DNA of 64,000 nucleotides, taken from positions 3,161 through 67,160 of the forward strand of contig CAZNRD010000008.1 of NCBI GenBank assembly GCA_964575425.1, given 5' to 3'. The DNA comes from an uncultured Anaerolineaceae bacterium. GTDB lineage: Bacteria; Chloroflexota; Anaerolineae; Anaerolineales; E44-bin32. Under the pieces are notes generated by a model that searched no databases, was not told where the DNA came from, and saw nothing but the letters and a program-made list of their open reading frames with translations. How positions within the stretch are numbered: the stretch's first letter is position 1; the number at the start of each line of letters is the position of its first letter. Positions 30,337-39,902 of the stretch are shown here, piece after piece. A program made the translations under genes and the position numbers.

Positions 30337-31236
30337 CTACGCATGATCCGCAAATCCCCATCGTCCCCGCAGCGCATCTGCCAAGCCCTGCCGGATCGCC
30401 CGCGCATGCCTCAATCGACCCTGCCGCGTCTCCCGAACGGCACCCCGGCAGGCTCCGTGGAAGGCGTGCAGAAGTGCAGGCAGCTTGCTTGCACCAGGCG
30501 CATTCTTCCCGAGGAAAAGCATGCGGTTGCGAGTCATGTAGTAGAGGGCTGTCGGTGTCAGGTCCTCTGACCGGATTGTGGCCTTGTGCCGAAGCCGGGC
30601 CGCAGGTTCGAATCGGACGTCAAAACCCGCGCGTCGGATCCGGACACACCAGTCGGTCTCTTCCCAGTACATGAAATAGCGCTCGTCCAGAAATCCCGCC
30701 TTCTCCAATGCTGAGCGGGTGACCAGTAGACCACATCCATTGACGAAGTCGACCGAGCGAGGCCCGTACTGCCCTCGGTCCGGCTCTCCGGCGCCAATGT
30801 TGACGGCATCTGCATGGTGCCAATCAATCCGCCCGCCTGCCGAGCTGATTGTTCTGCCTTCGCCCCACGTATAGATCATAGGCCCCAGGACACCGATGTC
30901 GGGGTGGCGATCCACCGCCGCCATCAAGGCCTTGATGCAGTCTGGCTCAAGCAGTGTGTCGTTGTTGAGAAGCAGAGCCATTTCAGCCCCAGACCGCATG
31001 GCATTCCGCAAGCCGAGGTTGTTTCCCCCAGCATATCCGAGGTTTGACTCGGCTTGTAGGACCTCCACCTTCGGCCGCTGACGCCCCAAGGCGGCACCGG
31101 TACCATCCGGCGACGCGTTGTCGACGATCAACACGTCAAACTCACTATCCACCTGGTGGTCCAGAGACCCAAGACAGCCAAGCGCCAGGTCTAGACCATT
31201 GTAGGTCAGGATGATGACAGCCAGCCGGCTACGCAT
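30337..31236 (-). CDS. Glycosyltransferase family 2
   Basis: IILTYNG, IVDNASPDG, NLGYAGGNN, LLNND, YWEETDWC. Confidence 0.88.
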   Translation of the reverse strand: MRSRLAVIILTYNGLDLALGCLGSLDHQVDSEFDVLIVDNASPDGTGAALGRQRPKVEVLQAESNLGYAGGNNLGLRNAMRSGAEMALLLNNDTLLEPDCIKALMAAVDRHPDIGVLGPMIYTWGEGRTISSAGGRIDWHHADAVNIGAGEPDRGQYGPRSVDFVNGCGLLVTRSALEKAGFLDERYFMYWEETDWCVRIRRAGFDVRFEPAARLRHKATIRSEDLTPTALYYMTRNRMLFLGKNAPGASKLPALLHAFHGACRGAVRETRQGRLRHARAIRQGLADALRGRWGFADHA

Positions 31237-31237
31237 G

Positions 31238-32404
31238 TCAGGCGGGTTTCCGACTGTCGGAGATTGTCGGCCGATAAACCATGCGCGCCTCCGCATAGAC
31301 TTCGAGGACGCCCCGGGCAGTCTTGTCCCAACTGAAAGCCGCCGCCCGGCGGGTGCCTCGCGCTCGCAGCTCGTCGGCCACCGCGGGGTCAGCCAGGACA
31401 CGCTTCAGGTGTTCTGCGAAGGCGGCGGCGTCCTCCGCGTCAGCCATCAGCGCCGCGTCGTCCGCCACCTCCGGGATGGAACCCCGATCGGAGGCGATCA
31501 CCGGGGTTCCGCAGGCCATGGCCTCAAGCACGGGCAAACCAAACCCTTCGATCCACGAAGGGAACACAAACACCTCTGCCAATGAAAACAGCACGTTCAG
31601 CTCTTCCCGAGACGGTCGAAACACAACCGTGGCTGCCCGAAGGCCTACCGCACGGCGAACAGTAGCCGGTAGGGCTTCGCTCCTCGAAAAGAAAACAATT
31701 TGGCATTCCCCTTGCAGGTTCGCCGGAAGCATCCGCCATGCCCGAAGAAGGACGCTGGCGTTCTTGGTCGCGTCCGCCAAGATGATTCGCCGCGTAAGGC
31801 CGAACCGGCGGCGTCCGTCCTGCAACCGGGCAGAATCGGTCACGCGGCGCCACCCGGCATCCAGTCCATGCGCAACAACCCGCAGTACGCTTGGGTTGGC
31901 CAATCGCCGCGTCTCTGTGATCCGCCGGGCTGCATCATGGGAAGGGGTCACAACCCGCACGGCACGGTTCAGTGAATCTCGCGTGGCGCAATGCAGATAC
32001 GTCATCATCAGGACAGTTCGCGGATTCTTCGGATGCCCGCGAACGATCTCACGCAGAGGCAGCAGATTGATTGCGTCATGGATGGTGACAACCTTGGGGA
32101 TGCCGGATGGCCCAAACCCGTAATTGGCCGGGAAATGCGCCACGTCCAGTCGATCGACGCCCATCCAGCGCGGCATAGTCAGGTCGTTGACAATGCTCGA
32201 CAAGGGGCTGCGCCAAGGAAGCAGCCGCAAGGTCGCGGACCTGGACAGCGCGGTAAGCTCGATCGGCCGGCGTCGGTCGGCATACAGCACGAACTCCTTG
32301 TCTGGCGCAGCCTCGAGGAGGGCCGGGACCAACTGGGCAATGTAGTGATGGACACCCCCGACCAGCCCGTGCGAAAGATAACGTACGTCGATGCCGATTC
32401 GCAT
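31238..32404 (-). CDS. Glycosyltransferase family 4 (mannosyltransferase-like)
   Basis: MRIGIDVR, VTIHD, FPSWIEGFGLPVLEAMACGTPVI. Confidence 0.9.
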   Translation of the reverse strand: MRIGIDVRYLSHGLVGGVHHYIAQLVPALLEAAPDKEFVLYADRRRPIELTALSRSATLRLLPWRSPLSSIVNDLTMPRWMGVDRLDVAHFPANYGFGPSGIPKVVTIHDAINLLPLREIVRGHPKNPRTVLMMTYLHCATRDSLNRAVRVVTPSHDAARRITETRRLANPSVLRVVAHGLDAGWRRVTDSARLQDGRRRFGLTRRIILADATKNASVLLRAWRMLPANLQGECQIVFFSRSEALPATVRRAVGLRAATVVFRPSREELNVLFSLAEVFVFPSWIEGFGLPVLEAMACGTPVIASDRGSIPEVADDAALMADAEDAAAFAEHLKRVLADPAVADELRARGTRRAAAFSWDKTARGVLEVYAEARMVYRPTISDSRKPA

Positions 32405-33021
32405 TAGTCTCCGGGATGGCGGGGCACATTCCTTGCGCAGGACTCAATCCGCAGGCGCAACAGCACCGGCATCTGCAGCTGCCTCCAATCCACCGATTCG
32501 CCCGAAGCATCTGGATTCCCCGGCGATGAAGGACTGCAGGTCAGCTGAGCAGGTGAACGCACTTGTCACCTCCTGTCCACCGAGCACCGGGGCAACGCCA
32601 TCCCGCTGGCCGCTGGTCTCAAGGCTCGGATGTGCACTTCTCGCCCACCGTCCAGATCGCACACGCCGTTCCAGACCAAGGTCCTGACCAGCTCATACGT
32701 CTCCGATGACTCAGCAGTCCGGCGACTTGACACACGCAGGCAGATTGACCTCCTGGCCTGGAAGCAGAGCCTGGCGCGTGGAAATCGACGGTGAAGACCA
32801 GGGGCCCACCTGTCGCGTCGGACCGTCTCTGCGATGGTCCCCGGGTCCGCGACCAGAAGCCGCATGCCTTCGAGGACAGGCCCGAACGATGAGTGCCTCC
32901 GAAGTCCCGTTCAGGATTCCGTGCCTCACCAAGAGCGCCTACGGTTGCACGACGGTCATCAAGGCGTCAGCCTGGGCGGGACATTCGCTCCCTGACTGGC
33001 CCAACAGCAATGAACTCGCGT

Positions 33022-34350
33022 CTAGGCGCGAGCAAAGTGAGCATCCCTCTTGAGGCAGATCTCGGAGTAGATTGTCTCAATCTCGGCCACTTCCTCTTCC
33101 TCTGTCCTAACCGCCGCTAGCCCAGAACGTAGCTCCGCAAGAAGACCGGGCTCATCCAGGAGGCGCTGCAGTTGGCGGGCGAGTCCGCGGGCGTCTCCTC
33201 GTTCGAAAAGCATTCCGTTCGTGCCATGCACGACCATCTCGGCCATCCCCCCTAGGTCGGTCGCCAGGACCGGCGTCCGGCAGGCAAAGGCCTCCAAAAT
33301 GACTCTGGGGCAGTTCTCATACCAGACCGAAGGAACAACGAGGACATCCAGCCCGCGCAGGATCGATGCCGCCTCCTGCTCTCCTTTGTAGGTTCCCATG
33401 AACCGGATCCGCGGGTCGCCGCGCACCATCGACCTTAACCTCGCGGCGTAGTCGGGAAAACGAGCCAGATCTCCATAGACCACGACTTGCAGCCGAGGGT
33501 CCGCAATCCTTCGCGCCGATTCGATCAGCACGTGCACACCCTTGTGCCAGGCAATCTGACCAACGTATCCCACGCGGAGGCCAGCCAAATCGGCATCACG
33601 CCGCGGCCCACCCATGTCTGACCCCAGGCTTGTGCCGTGAGGGATCACTTCGAAACGATCGATTCGTATGCCCGCTTCTTGATAGACCCCGCGAAGGAAC
33701 CTAGATGGACTGATCACAGCGTCTGCTGCCTGGAGAGTAGCGGCCAGTTCGCGCGCCCGGGTCTCGATCGCCCTTACCCTGTCCTTGCGCAGTCGCCAGT
33801 ACGCCTGCATCATCGCCGGGAATAGCCGCCTTGGAATGCGGTAGCGCCGTCTCTGCTCCCCAATGCACCTCGCACAGCGGGCCGGGTCGATCGGCGCGCT
33901 CGATAGGTTCCCGTCCGTCCGGATCAAGGTGATGCGCGGGCACAAGTACCAGAAATCGGTCAGCGTCACGACTGTGGGGACGCCAGCCCCATAAGCGGCA
34001 CGCAGCGCGCTTCCGGAAAGCAGATATCCCCCGATCAGGTGAAAGACTTCGGGACGGAATTGGGCGATGTACTCGCGGAGATGAAGGCCGATCCAGGGGT
34101 TGTCGTACTCCCACCGGTCCCTATCTGGCGCAGCCGACAGGTCGAAGGACATCCGTCGGACATGGATCCCCTCATAGACCTCGTCCTGATAGGCAACGCC
34201 ATCGATTGGCCCCCGGTCGATGTGCTCAACGCACACGACGCGGACATCATGTCCCCGCGCGGACAGGCCCTGGGCCAACAGCTGGGTGGATTTCTCGGCC
34301 CCTGCCAGATACCTCGGCGGGTAGTGATGGACAGCGAGCATGATGTGCAT
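33022..34350 (-). CDS. Glycosyltransferase family 4
   Basis: HHYPPRYLAGAE, VTLTDFW, VPSVWYENCPRVILEA, GGMAEMV. Confidence 0.9.
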   Translation of the reverse strand: MHIMLAVHHYPPRYLAGAEKSTQLLAQGLSARGHDVRVVCVEHIDRGPIDGVAYQDEVYEGIHVRRMSFDLSAAPDRDRWEYDNPWIGLHLREYIAQFRPEVFHLIGGYLLSGSALRAAYGAGVPTVVTLTDFWYLCPRITLIRTDGNLSSAPIDPARCARCIGEQRRRYRIPRRLFPAMMQAYWRLRKDRVRAIETRARELAATLQAADAVISPSRFLRGVYQEAGIRIDRFEVIPHGTSLGSDMGGPRRDADLAGLRVGYVGQIAWHKGVHVLIESARRIADPRLQVVVYGDLARFPDYAARLRSMVRGDPRIRFMGTYKGEQEAASILRGLDVLVVPSVWYENCPRVILEAFACRTPVLATDLGGMAEMVVHGTNGMLFERGDARGLARQLQRLLDEPGLLAELRSGLAAVRTEEEEVAEIETIYSEICLKRDAHFARA

Positions 34351-34387
34351 AGGGTCTCCGCCCGACACGCCCTGGCCGATCCCGGTC

Positions 34388-35812
34388 TTAGCCGCTTGGC
34401 CTGACAAGACTCCGGAGCTGGCCCAACTCATTCCGGCTCACGACCCGCAGCAATGCCAGGAACACGGCATAGGCCGCCGCACTACCTGCGATGGCAACCA
34501 CGAGATTCACGTCGATGAGGAGAAGGACGACCACTGCCATCAGCAGGTTGGCAATCACCACGCGTCCGAGGAGCCAGGACATGCCGGTCAGCCCTAATTT
34601 CCGTGAGAGAAGCACAAAGAACGGCACCGCGGCCACCAGATCCGTCACAACCGTCACGATCGCGGCGCCGATAATCCCCAGGACGGGGATCAGCAGGAGA
34701 TTCAGCACGACGTTCGCGGCAGCGCTGGTGGCGTAGATCCTCGCTGCCGCCCGTTCCTCGCCGACCACTGTCGTCATGTTTCCACAGAAGCCAGCGAAGA
34801 GGAGAAGGGGCACATCCCAGACGATGATCTTGAAGACGGCTGCGGCCGGTAGGAACTCCGACGTGTACAAGGCCTCAATGAGAGGTTCGGCGATGAGCAT
34901 GCCGCCCACCGCTACAGGCACTCCGAGCAGTGCAATGATCCTCACCGAATGACGGTACCACACCTCAACCTGCCGGCTGTCCTGCACATAGGTTCTCGCA
35001 AGCGATGGCACCATCGCAACGCTGAACCCGCTCAACGCGAACGTGAGAGACTTCACCAAGCCATAGGCAGCGTTGTACCAACCCACGGCTTGCTCCGAGA
35101 CCAGCTTCGAAAGAACCACCGTGTCGAACCGGAACGTGACCGTCAGCGAGAGGGAGATGAACATGAATGGCAGACCCGACCGAACCAGTGCCGGCCATGA
35201 ACGCGGCGAGACGCGCGGCGGCGAGACAATGTAACCATTCCGCCTGACCACCAGGGCCGCAACCACCAACTGCGGCAGCATGGCCACTATTCCAATCCCA
35301 ACCAGTGCGATAAACCCCCATCCGAGGAGCAGGACGAGGGAGCCGAGGGCGACAAAGCTCACCTGTCCCAACACGGTGAGGGGCGCAACGACATCAAACC
35401 GTTCATGAGCCGTCAGGAGGGTCTCCAGCGGAGCTGTGAATGCCGAGAGAACAAATGTCCAGGTGTAGAGAAACACCCCCATGACGATGCCTGGCGAGTA
35501 GCCGACCCCCGTCGCGGCGAGTGTGATGGTGGCTATCCCAATCGCGGCGAGCACAAGCCGGACGGCAACCAGGTCCCAGAACAGCTGTCCGGCCTTGCTG
35601 CGGTCGCGAGCGATCTCCCTCATCACATACTGGGAGATCCCTAGCTCAGCGAAGATCTGGAACAGGCCGACGAAGGCCAGGACGATCGAATACTGGCCAA
35701 AGCGTTCGTCCCCAAGGCGGCGGACCACGAACACCCCAAACAGGAAGCTGACGGTCTTAAGCGCCAAGCCTCCGATCGTGACAAACGCCGTGTTTCGGGC
35801 GATTGTCCGCAT
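34388..35812 (-). CDS. wzx: Wzx-type oligosaccharide flippase
   Basis: About 12-14 TMs; RRLG-x-RFGQY, DLGIS-like ELGISQYVMRE, DTVVLS, VGWYNAAY, NLLLIPVLGIIGAA. Confidence 0.88.
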   Translation of the reverse strand: MRTIARNTAFVTIGGLALKTVSFLFGVFVVRRLGDERFGQYSIVLAFVGLFQIFAELGISQYVMREIARDRSKAGQLFWDLVAVRLVLAAIGIATITLAATGVGYSPGIVMGVFLYTWTFVLSAFTAPLETLLTAHERFDVVAPLTVLGQVSFVALGSLVLLLGWGFIALVGIGIVAMLPQLVVAALVVRRNGYIVSPPRVSPRSWPALVRSGLPFMFISLSLTVTFRFDTVVLSKLVSEQAVGWYNAAYGLVKSLTFALSGFSVAMVPSLARTYVQDSRQVEVWYRHSVRIIALLGVPVAVGGMLIAEPLIEALYTSEFLPAAAVFKIIVWDVPLLLFAGFCGNMTTVVGEERAAARIYATSAAANVVLNLLLIPVLGIIGAAIVTVVTDLVAAVPFFVLLSRKLGLTGMSWLLGRVVIANLLMAVVVLLLIDVNLVVAIAGSAAAYAVFLALLRVVSRNELGQLRSLVRPSG

Positions 35813-36190
35813 CAGAGAGACCCCTCTTGGTGGTCCGGTCCTGGACGGTTGCTGCACTCAGTCCTCCACGTTATGCCAGCGGCCTCCGGGCCTGGCCTCG
35901 GTGGCATCCACGCTCACGCCCCGGCGCAGGCCTCAGCCCCCATCTTGCGCAATCACTCCTTCATCAAAGATGGATCAAACCCTAATAAGTGCTGCCCCTG
36001 GATGAGAGCCGACCAGACACGAACCCCCGTGCTGGACCCCCCGGAGACCGGGACATGCACGCCTAGACGCGTCTGGAGCCAGCGTGCTACTCGCAACATC
36101 TCCCCTCTGCCTGTAAATCGCCAGCACCGCTCGCCACTTCATGCGTTCTCAACGTCGGCAGCCTGCGGCTCGCGCTCCCATTGAGCGCCC

Positions 36191-36450
36191 TCAGGGTGTC
36201 CGGTTGACCGCCTGGTCCACGAACCGGCGGAGCATCAGTTCGTCGGTCAGAATGGGTTCGACCTTGCCGATCGTCCAATTCCCAGTCCAGCAAGTTATCG
36301 ATCCATGAGGGATCGAAGGAAACCAGGATCGAACAGATTGCGTTCGGCTCTCTGGCCATCAAAGAGGATAAGCCCTCGGCCCACGACCGCTGGTCCGCTC
36401 GCAAGCAGATCCCCCACTCCGCATAGGCTGTTGTCCGCGCCGGCTCTTCG
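36191..36450 (-). pseudogene. Eroded 3' remnant of a second AsnB-like amide ligase gene
   Basis: Fragments in three frames (LRADQRSWAEG / ILFDGQRAERNLFDPGFLRSLMDR* / WTIGKVEPILTDELMLRRFVDQ) align by eye to the C-terminus of the intact 37882-39774 protein (LRGDLHAWAEDLLFSERALSRGLFRPDGVRSLW…VGKLGPLMSLELVMRRFVD). Confidence 0.7.
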
Positions 36451-36536
36451 CTGCACCATGGGTGACGAGGTGAATTCGCCAGCCATGGTCAGCACGATGC
36501 TCTGATCAGCACTCCAGACAGACTACGGTCCGAGAC

Positions 36537-37931
36537 TCAACGGGCCGAACCTGAGCGTGCGACTGCAGCCCGGCTCTGCTGATCCGAGGGGAAACCCTTC
36601 TGCGAAATGGTCTCGTCCGCTGTAAGTGCGCGTACGGTTGCGCCTAGCCGCATGTCCTGCATGCGGGCCAAGGCCGCTGCTCTCACACGCCCGCTCAACT
36701 TCGGAGCGGCGCGGTAGAGGCGCCACGCAAATCTCCACCACAGGCCGCGGGCACCCTGCCTTTGCAGCACTACCCAGGGGCGGGCAGAGCGGCCCCTAGA
36801 AGAGGGGGAGGGTGGCAGCGCCAGCGCCTGATGGCGGCGCCAGGCCAAGATCCTTGCCTCATCTCCCACAGAACGGCCGCTGCGGCCAGCGGCCTGGATC
36901 AACGACCGCACCAAACGCGCGTACGTTCCCTCGATCACAACGCGTCCTTCAGCGAGGGTGAAACCATGGCTGTGCAGGTCGGAGGCGAGGATCCCCCCAC
37001 AGTTGGCAACGAAATCCGGCACAACCATTACGCCGCGGGCGGACAGGCGCACCTCGGCGTCAGGAGTCACCGGTGCATTCGCGATCGGGACGATCCATCG
37101 AGCGCGAACACTCTCTACATTGCCCACATGGATCAGCCATGGCCGTGCCCCTGGGATAAGGACATCCACAGGTTGGCCTGGCAGGTCCGCAGGTTGGAAT
37201 CGAGTCGCGCCGACGACATGTTTCACGAGGCCGTCTCCGCACCGTTCCTTGAGCTCCAGCAGCCGGCCGATCTCCAGGCCGTTCTCAGCTGCAACCCCGC
37301 CTTCCACGGTCGTCAGGGCCGTCAGGCGGGCACCAGCCTGCAGCAGGAGCTGAGCGAGAGAGGCACCGACCTTGCCGAAGCCCTCCAATCCGACTCTCAA
37401 ACCGACAAGATCGACACCACTGGACTGGACCACCTGTCGGATGCACTCGAAGACCGTCAGAGCAGTGGCTGCAGAGCCGTCGATTTGGTCGACCGACAAT
37501 GGCTGGCCAGCCGCCGCCATGATCGTGCGCAGGTCATCCAGCGTGGTCCCGAGATCCAGTCCGGGGAGGAAGACCCGGTCCTTGATCAGGCCTGCAGTGG
37601 CACGGCCAAAGGCCTCCATCACCTGGTCACGGCGCGTGGTCATGGTTTGCACGTCCACGCTCAGACCAGCTTTTGCTCCTCCCATCGGAATGCTGAGCAA
37701 AGCCCATTTGAGCGTCATCGTACGCGCAAGTGCTGCCAGTTCACCCTCAGTGATCCCCGGTACCCACCGCACGCCGCCCGAGGCGGTCCCGTGGACTGTC
37801 CGATCGATGACAACGTGGCCCAGCAAGCCAAGACTGTCATCGGCAATCCGAATGGACCGCAGAGGGCCGGAATCGCCGCCGTCAGCCAAGGACGACACTC
37901 CGGGCGCTCTCCGCAGATGAGGTGTCGACAA
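36537..37931 (-). CDS. Glu/Leu/Phe/Val dehydrogenase family protein with atypical C-terminal extension
   Basis: GGVRW, MTLK, GGAKAG, DLGT, GFGKVG, DVLIPGA, PIANAP, VPDFVANCGG; start uncertain. Confidence 0.82.
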   Translation of the reverse strand: MSTPHLRRAPGVSSLADGGDSGPLRSIRIADDSLGLLGHVVIDRTVHGTASGGVRWVPGITEGELAALARTMTLKWALLSIPMGGAKAGLSVDVQTMTTRRDQVMEAFGRATAGLIKDRVFLPGLDLGTTLDDLRTIMAAAGQPLSVDQIDGSAATALTVFECIRQVVQSSGVDLVGLRVGLEGFGKVGASLAQLLLQAGARLTALTTVEGGVAAENGLEIGRLLELKERCGDGLVKHVVGATRFQPADLPGQPVDVLIPGARPWLIHVGNVESVRARWIVPIANAPVTPDAEVRLSARGVMVVPDFVANCGGILASDLHSHGFTLAEGRVVIEGTYARLVRSLIQAAGRSGRSVGDEARILAWRRHQALALPPSPSSRGRSARPWVVLQRQGARGLWWRFAWRLYRAAPKLSGRVRAAALARMQDMRLGATVRALTADETISQKGFPSDQQSRAAVARSGSAR

Positions 37932-39774
37932 AGCGGCGCATGACGAGCTCGAGGCTCATCAAGGGTCCGAGCTTGCCCACCAAGTTGTGCTCGCGGCCCG
38001 CCTGCAGGCGTCTCCACAGTGACCGGACGCCGTCTGGGCGGAAGAGCCCCCGACTGAGAGCGCGTTCGCTGAAGAGCAAGTCTTCCGCCCAGGCATGCAG
38101 GTCCCCTCGCAGCCAGCTCTCGTAATCCGAGTGCAGCGGAAAGTACTCGGGAAAGACTCTTGCTGCACGCCGATTGATGTACGCCTTGGCGCGCTTGACC
38201 ATTCGGGCGCCAAGCCGAATCGGTGAGTGATTGGTCGCCGGGAGCTCGTCCTTGTCATACGGGATGATTGCCAGGTGGCGCATCGAGTTCCACATGATCG
38301 CCTTGCGCAATCGGCGATCGCGGAGCATCTCTGGAGGAAGGGCGTACACGAAGTCGAAGTACTCGTAGTCATAGAACGGGAACCTCTGCTCGATCCGCCA
38401 ACGCCGGAACACGGTGTAGTAGAGGAAGAGCCGACGGTCGGGATTCTCTAGCGCGAAACTGACCACGCGTTGGGAATGCGGCAGGTGAACATACGGGACT
38501 AGCGCTTCACGGAGCGAAGCCAGGGCATAGCCTCGAAGCGTTCTTCGGATCTCGGGCTGGTAGACACTGTCCTCTTCGGCCTCGGTCAGTGACGGCCAGG
38601 TGGTCTTCTCAACCAGCATGGCAAAGAGGCGGGAGGCAAGCGCGTCATCGTCGCACACAGCAAAGATTGATGGATCGCCCCAGTCGAGCGCCGTGTGCCC
38701 ACCTCCGAATCCGCTCAGGTCAACCTCCATCCATTGCCGCGCAGCCTCGAGGACGCTGATTCCATGGGCATGCACCCAGGTGTGAAAGCCCTCGGTCAGG
38801 GCCGTGTGCAATCCGTGATACGCCAATACCCACCTTCCGTCCACGAATGGCAAGGCATGATGATCGCTACCTGCCCTCCTGGCAACCGCGGCGGCATAGA
38901 CCATGTCTCGGCAGTCTGGAATCCCATAAGTGACCGTTGGCACGCGGCGCCCTGTTTCGGACGCCATTCCCAGAAGGACACGGGAGTCCAACCCGCCACT
39001 CAAAAACACTCCGATGCGCTCCCTGCCGTCCAAACGTCGGCGTACTGCCTGCCTGAGCCTCCGTTCCGCCTCCTCGGCAGCCTCCTCGAATCTCAAGCCG
39101 GCGGGGAGGCGAGGTATCCGTCCAATGCCCCAGTAGCGTGTCAGCGTCAGCCGCGTCTCGCGAAGATCGTAGCCCAGGAGGCTGGCGCTCGGCAGCAATC
39201 GCACATCCTCGAAAAAGGTCCTGTCTCCCAGTAGGTGCTGAAACCTGACGTACTCTGCCACGGCTGCCATGTCCAACTTGCGCACGAATCGAGGGTCGCT
39301 CAGGACGGCGTTCATCTCCGGGCCGAAGGAGAAGGTGCCGTCCCGCAGCGCGTAGTACATCGGGTAGAGACCGAAGCGATCGTTCCCGAGGATCAATCGA
39401 TGCCGGCGGGCGTCCCAGATCGCCACCTGAAAGGCACCATTCATCCACTTGAGGAACTCGTCACCATGCTGTTCGTACAGGGACAGCGCGTAATCCTCTG
39501 GACGCCAGCGATGGCCCTTGGGAGGGCGCCCCTCAAACTGGAAGAGCTCGCCGGCCATGAAGAGCGCAACTGTGCGATCGTCCGACCAAACTGGTTGGGG
39601 TTCACGATTGAATATCCCTATCCCGACGCGCCCGAGGCCCACACCTTCCTGCAATTGAACGAAGGTGTCGCAAGTCATCTCCTGCCCATGCGCCAGAGCG
39701 GCTGACATGCGGCCGAGCAATTCACCCACCTCGCTCGCACGCTCCGGGGAGACAAGCCCGAAGACGCCGCTCAT
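37882..39774 (-). CDS. Asparagine-synthetase-like amidotransferase/amide ligase with degenerate glutaminase domain
   Basis: MSGVFG start (Cys replaced by Ser), DRFGLYPMYY, FLSGGLDSR ATP-binding motif, RFPFYDYE. Confidence 0.88.
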   Translation of the reverse strand: MSGVFGLVSPERASEVGELLGRMSAALAHGQEMTCDTFVQLQEGVGLGRVGIGIFNREPQPVWSDDRTVALFMAGELFQFEGRPPKGHRWRPEDYALSLYEQHGDEFLKWMNGAFQVAIWDARRHRLILGNDRFGLYPMYYALRDGTFSFGPEMNAVLSDPRFVRKLDMAAVAEYVRFQHLLGDRTFFEDVRLLPSASLLGYDLRETRLTLTRYWGIGRIPRLPAGLRFEEAAEEAERRLRQAVRRRLDGRERIGVFLSGGLDSRVLLGMASETGRRVPTVTYGIPDCRDMVYAAAVARRAGSDHHALPFVDGRWVLAYHGLHTALTEGFHTWVHAHGISVLEAARQWMEVDLSGFGGGHTALDWGDPSIFAVCDDDALASRLFAMLVEKTTWPSLTEAEEDSVYQPEIRRTLRGYALASLREALVPYVHLPHSQRVVSFALENPDRRLFLYYTVFRRWRIEQRFPFYDYEYFDFVYALPPEMLRDRRLRKAIMWNSMRHLAIIPYDKDELPATNHSPIRLGARMVKRAKAYINRRAARVFPEYFPLHSDYESWLRGDLHAWAEDLLFSERALSRGLFRPDGVRSLWRRLQAGREHNLVGKLGPLMSLELVMRRFVDTSSAESARSVVLG

Positions 39775-39902
39775 CCTTCGCCTCTTCGTACGACTGTGTG
39801 CGCGCGCAACCTCGGTCGGCCGCGGGCTGCGTCCTTCGCCTGCCTCGCTCCGGCGCGGCAATCGGCTCCTCTCAGCGCCTCAGAGGTCTGGCTGAGCCGA
39901 CT

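Noticed and set aside
36762-37943. 393-aa plus-strand ORF opposite the dehydrogenase
   Set aside because: Antisense shadow with no domain signal; the same applies to 49683-50981, 25691-26671 and similar ORFs
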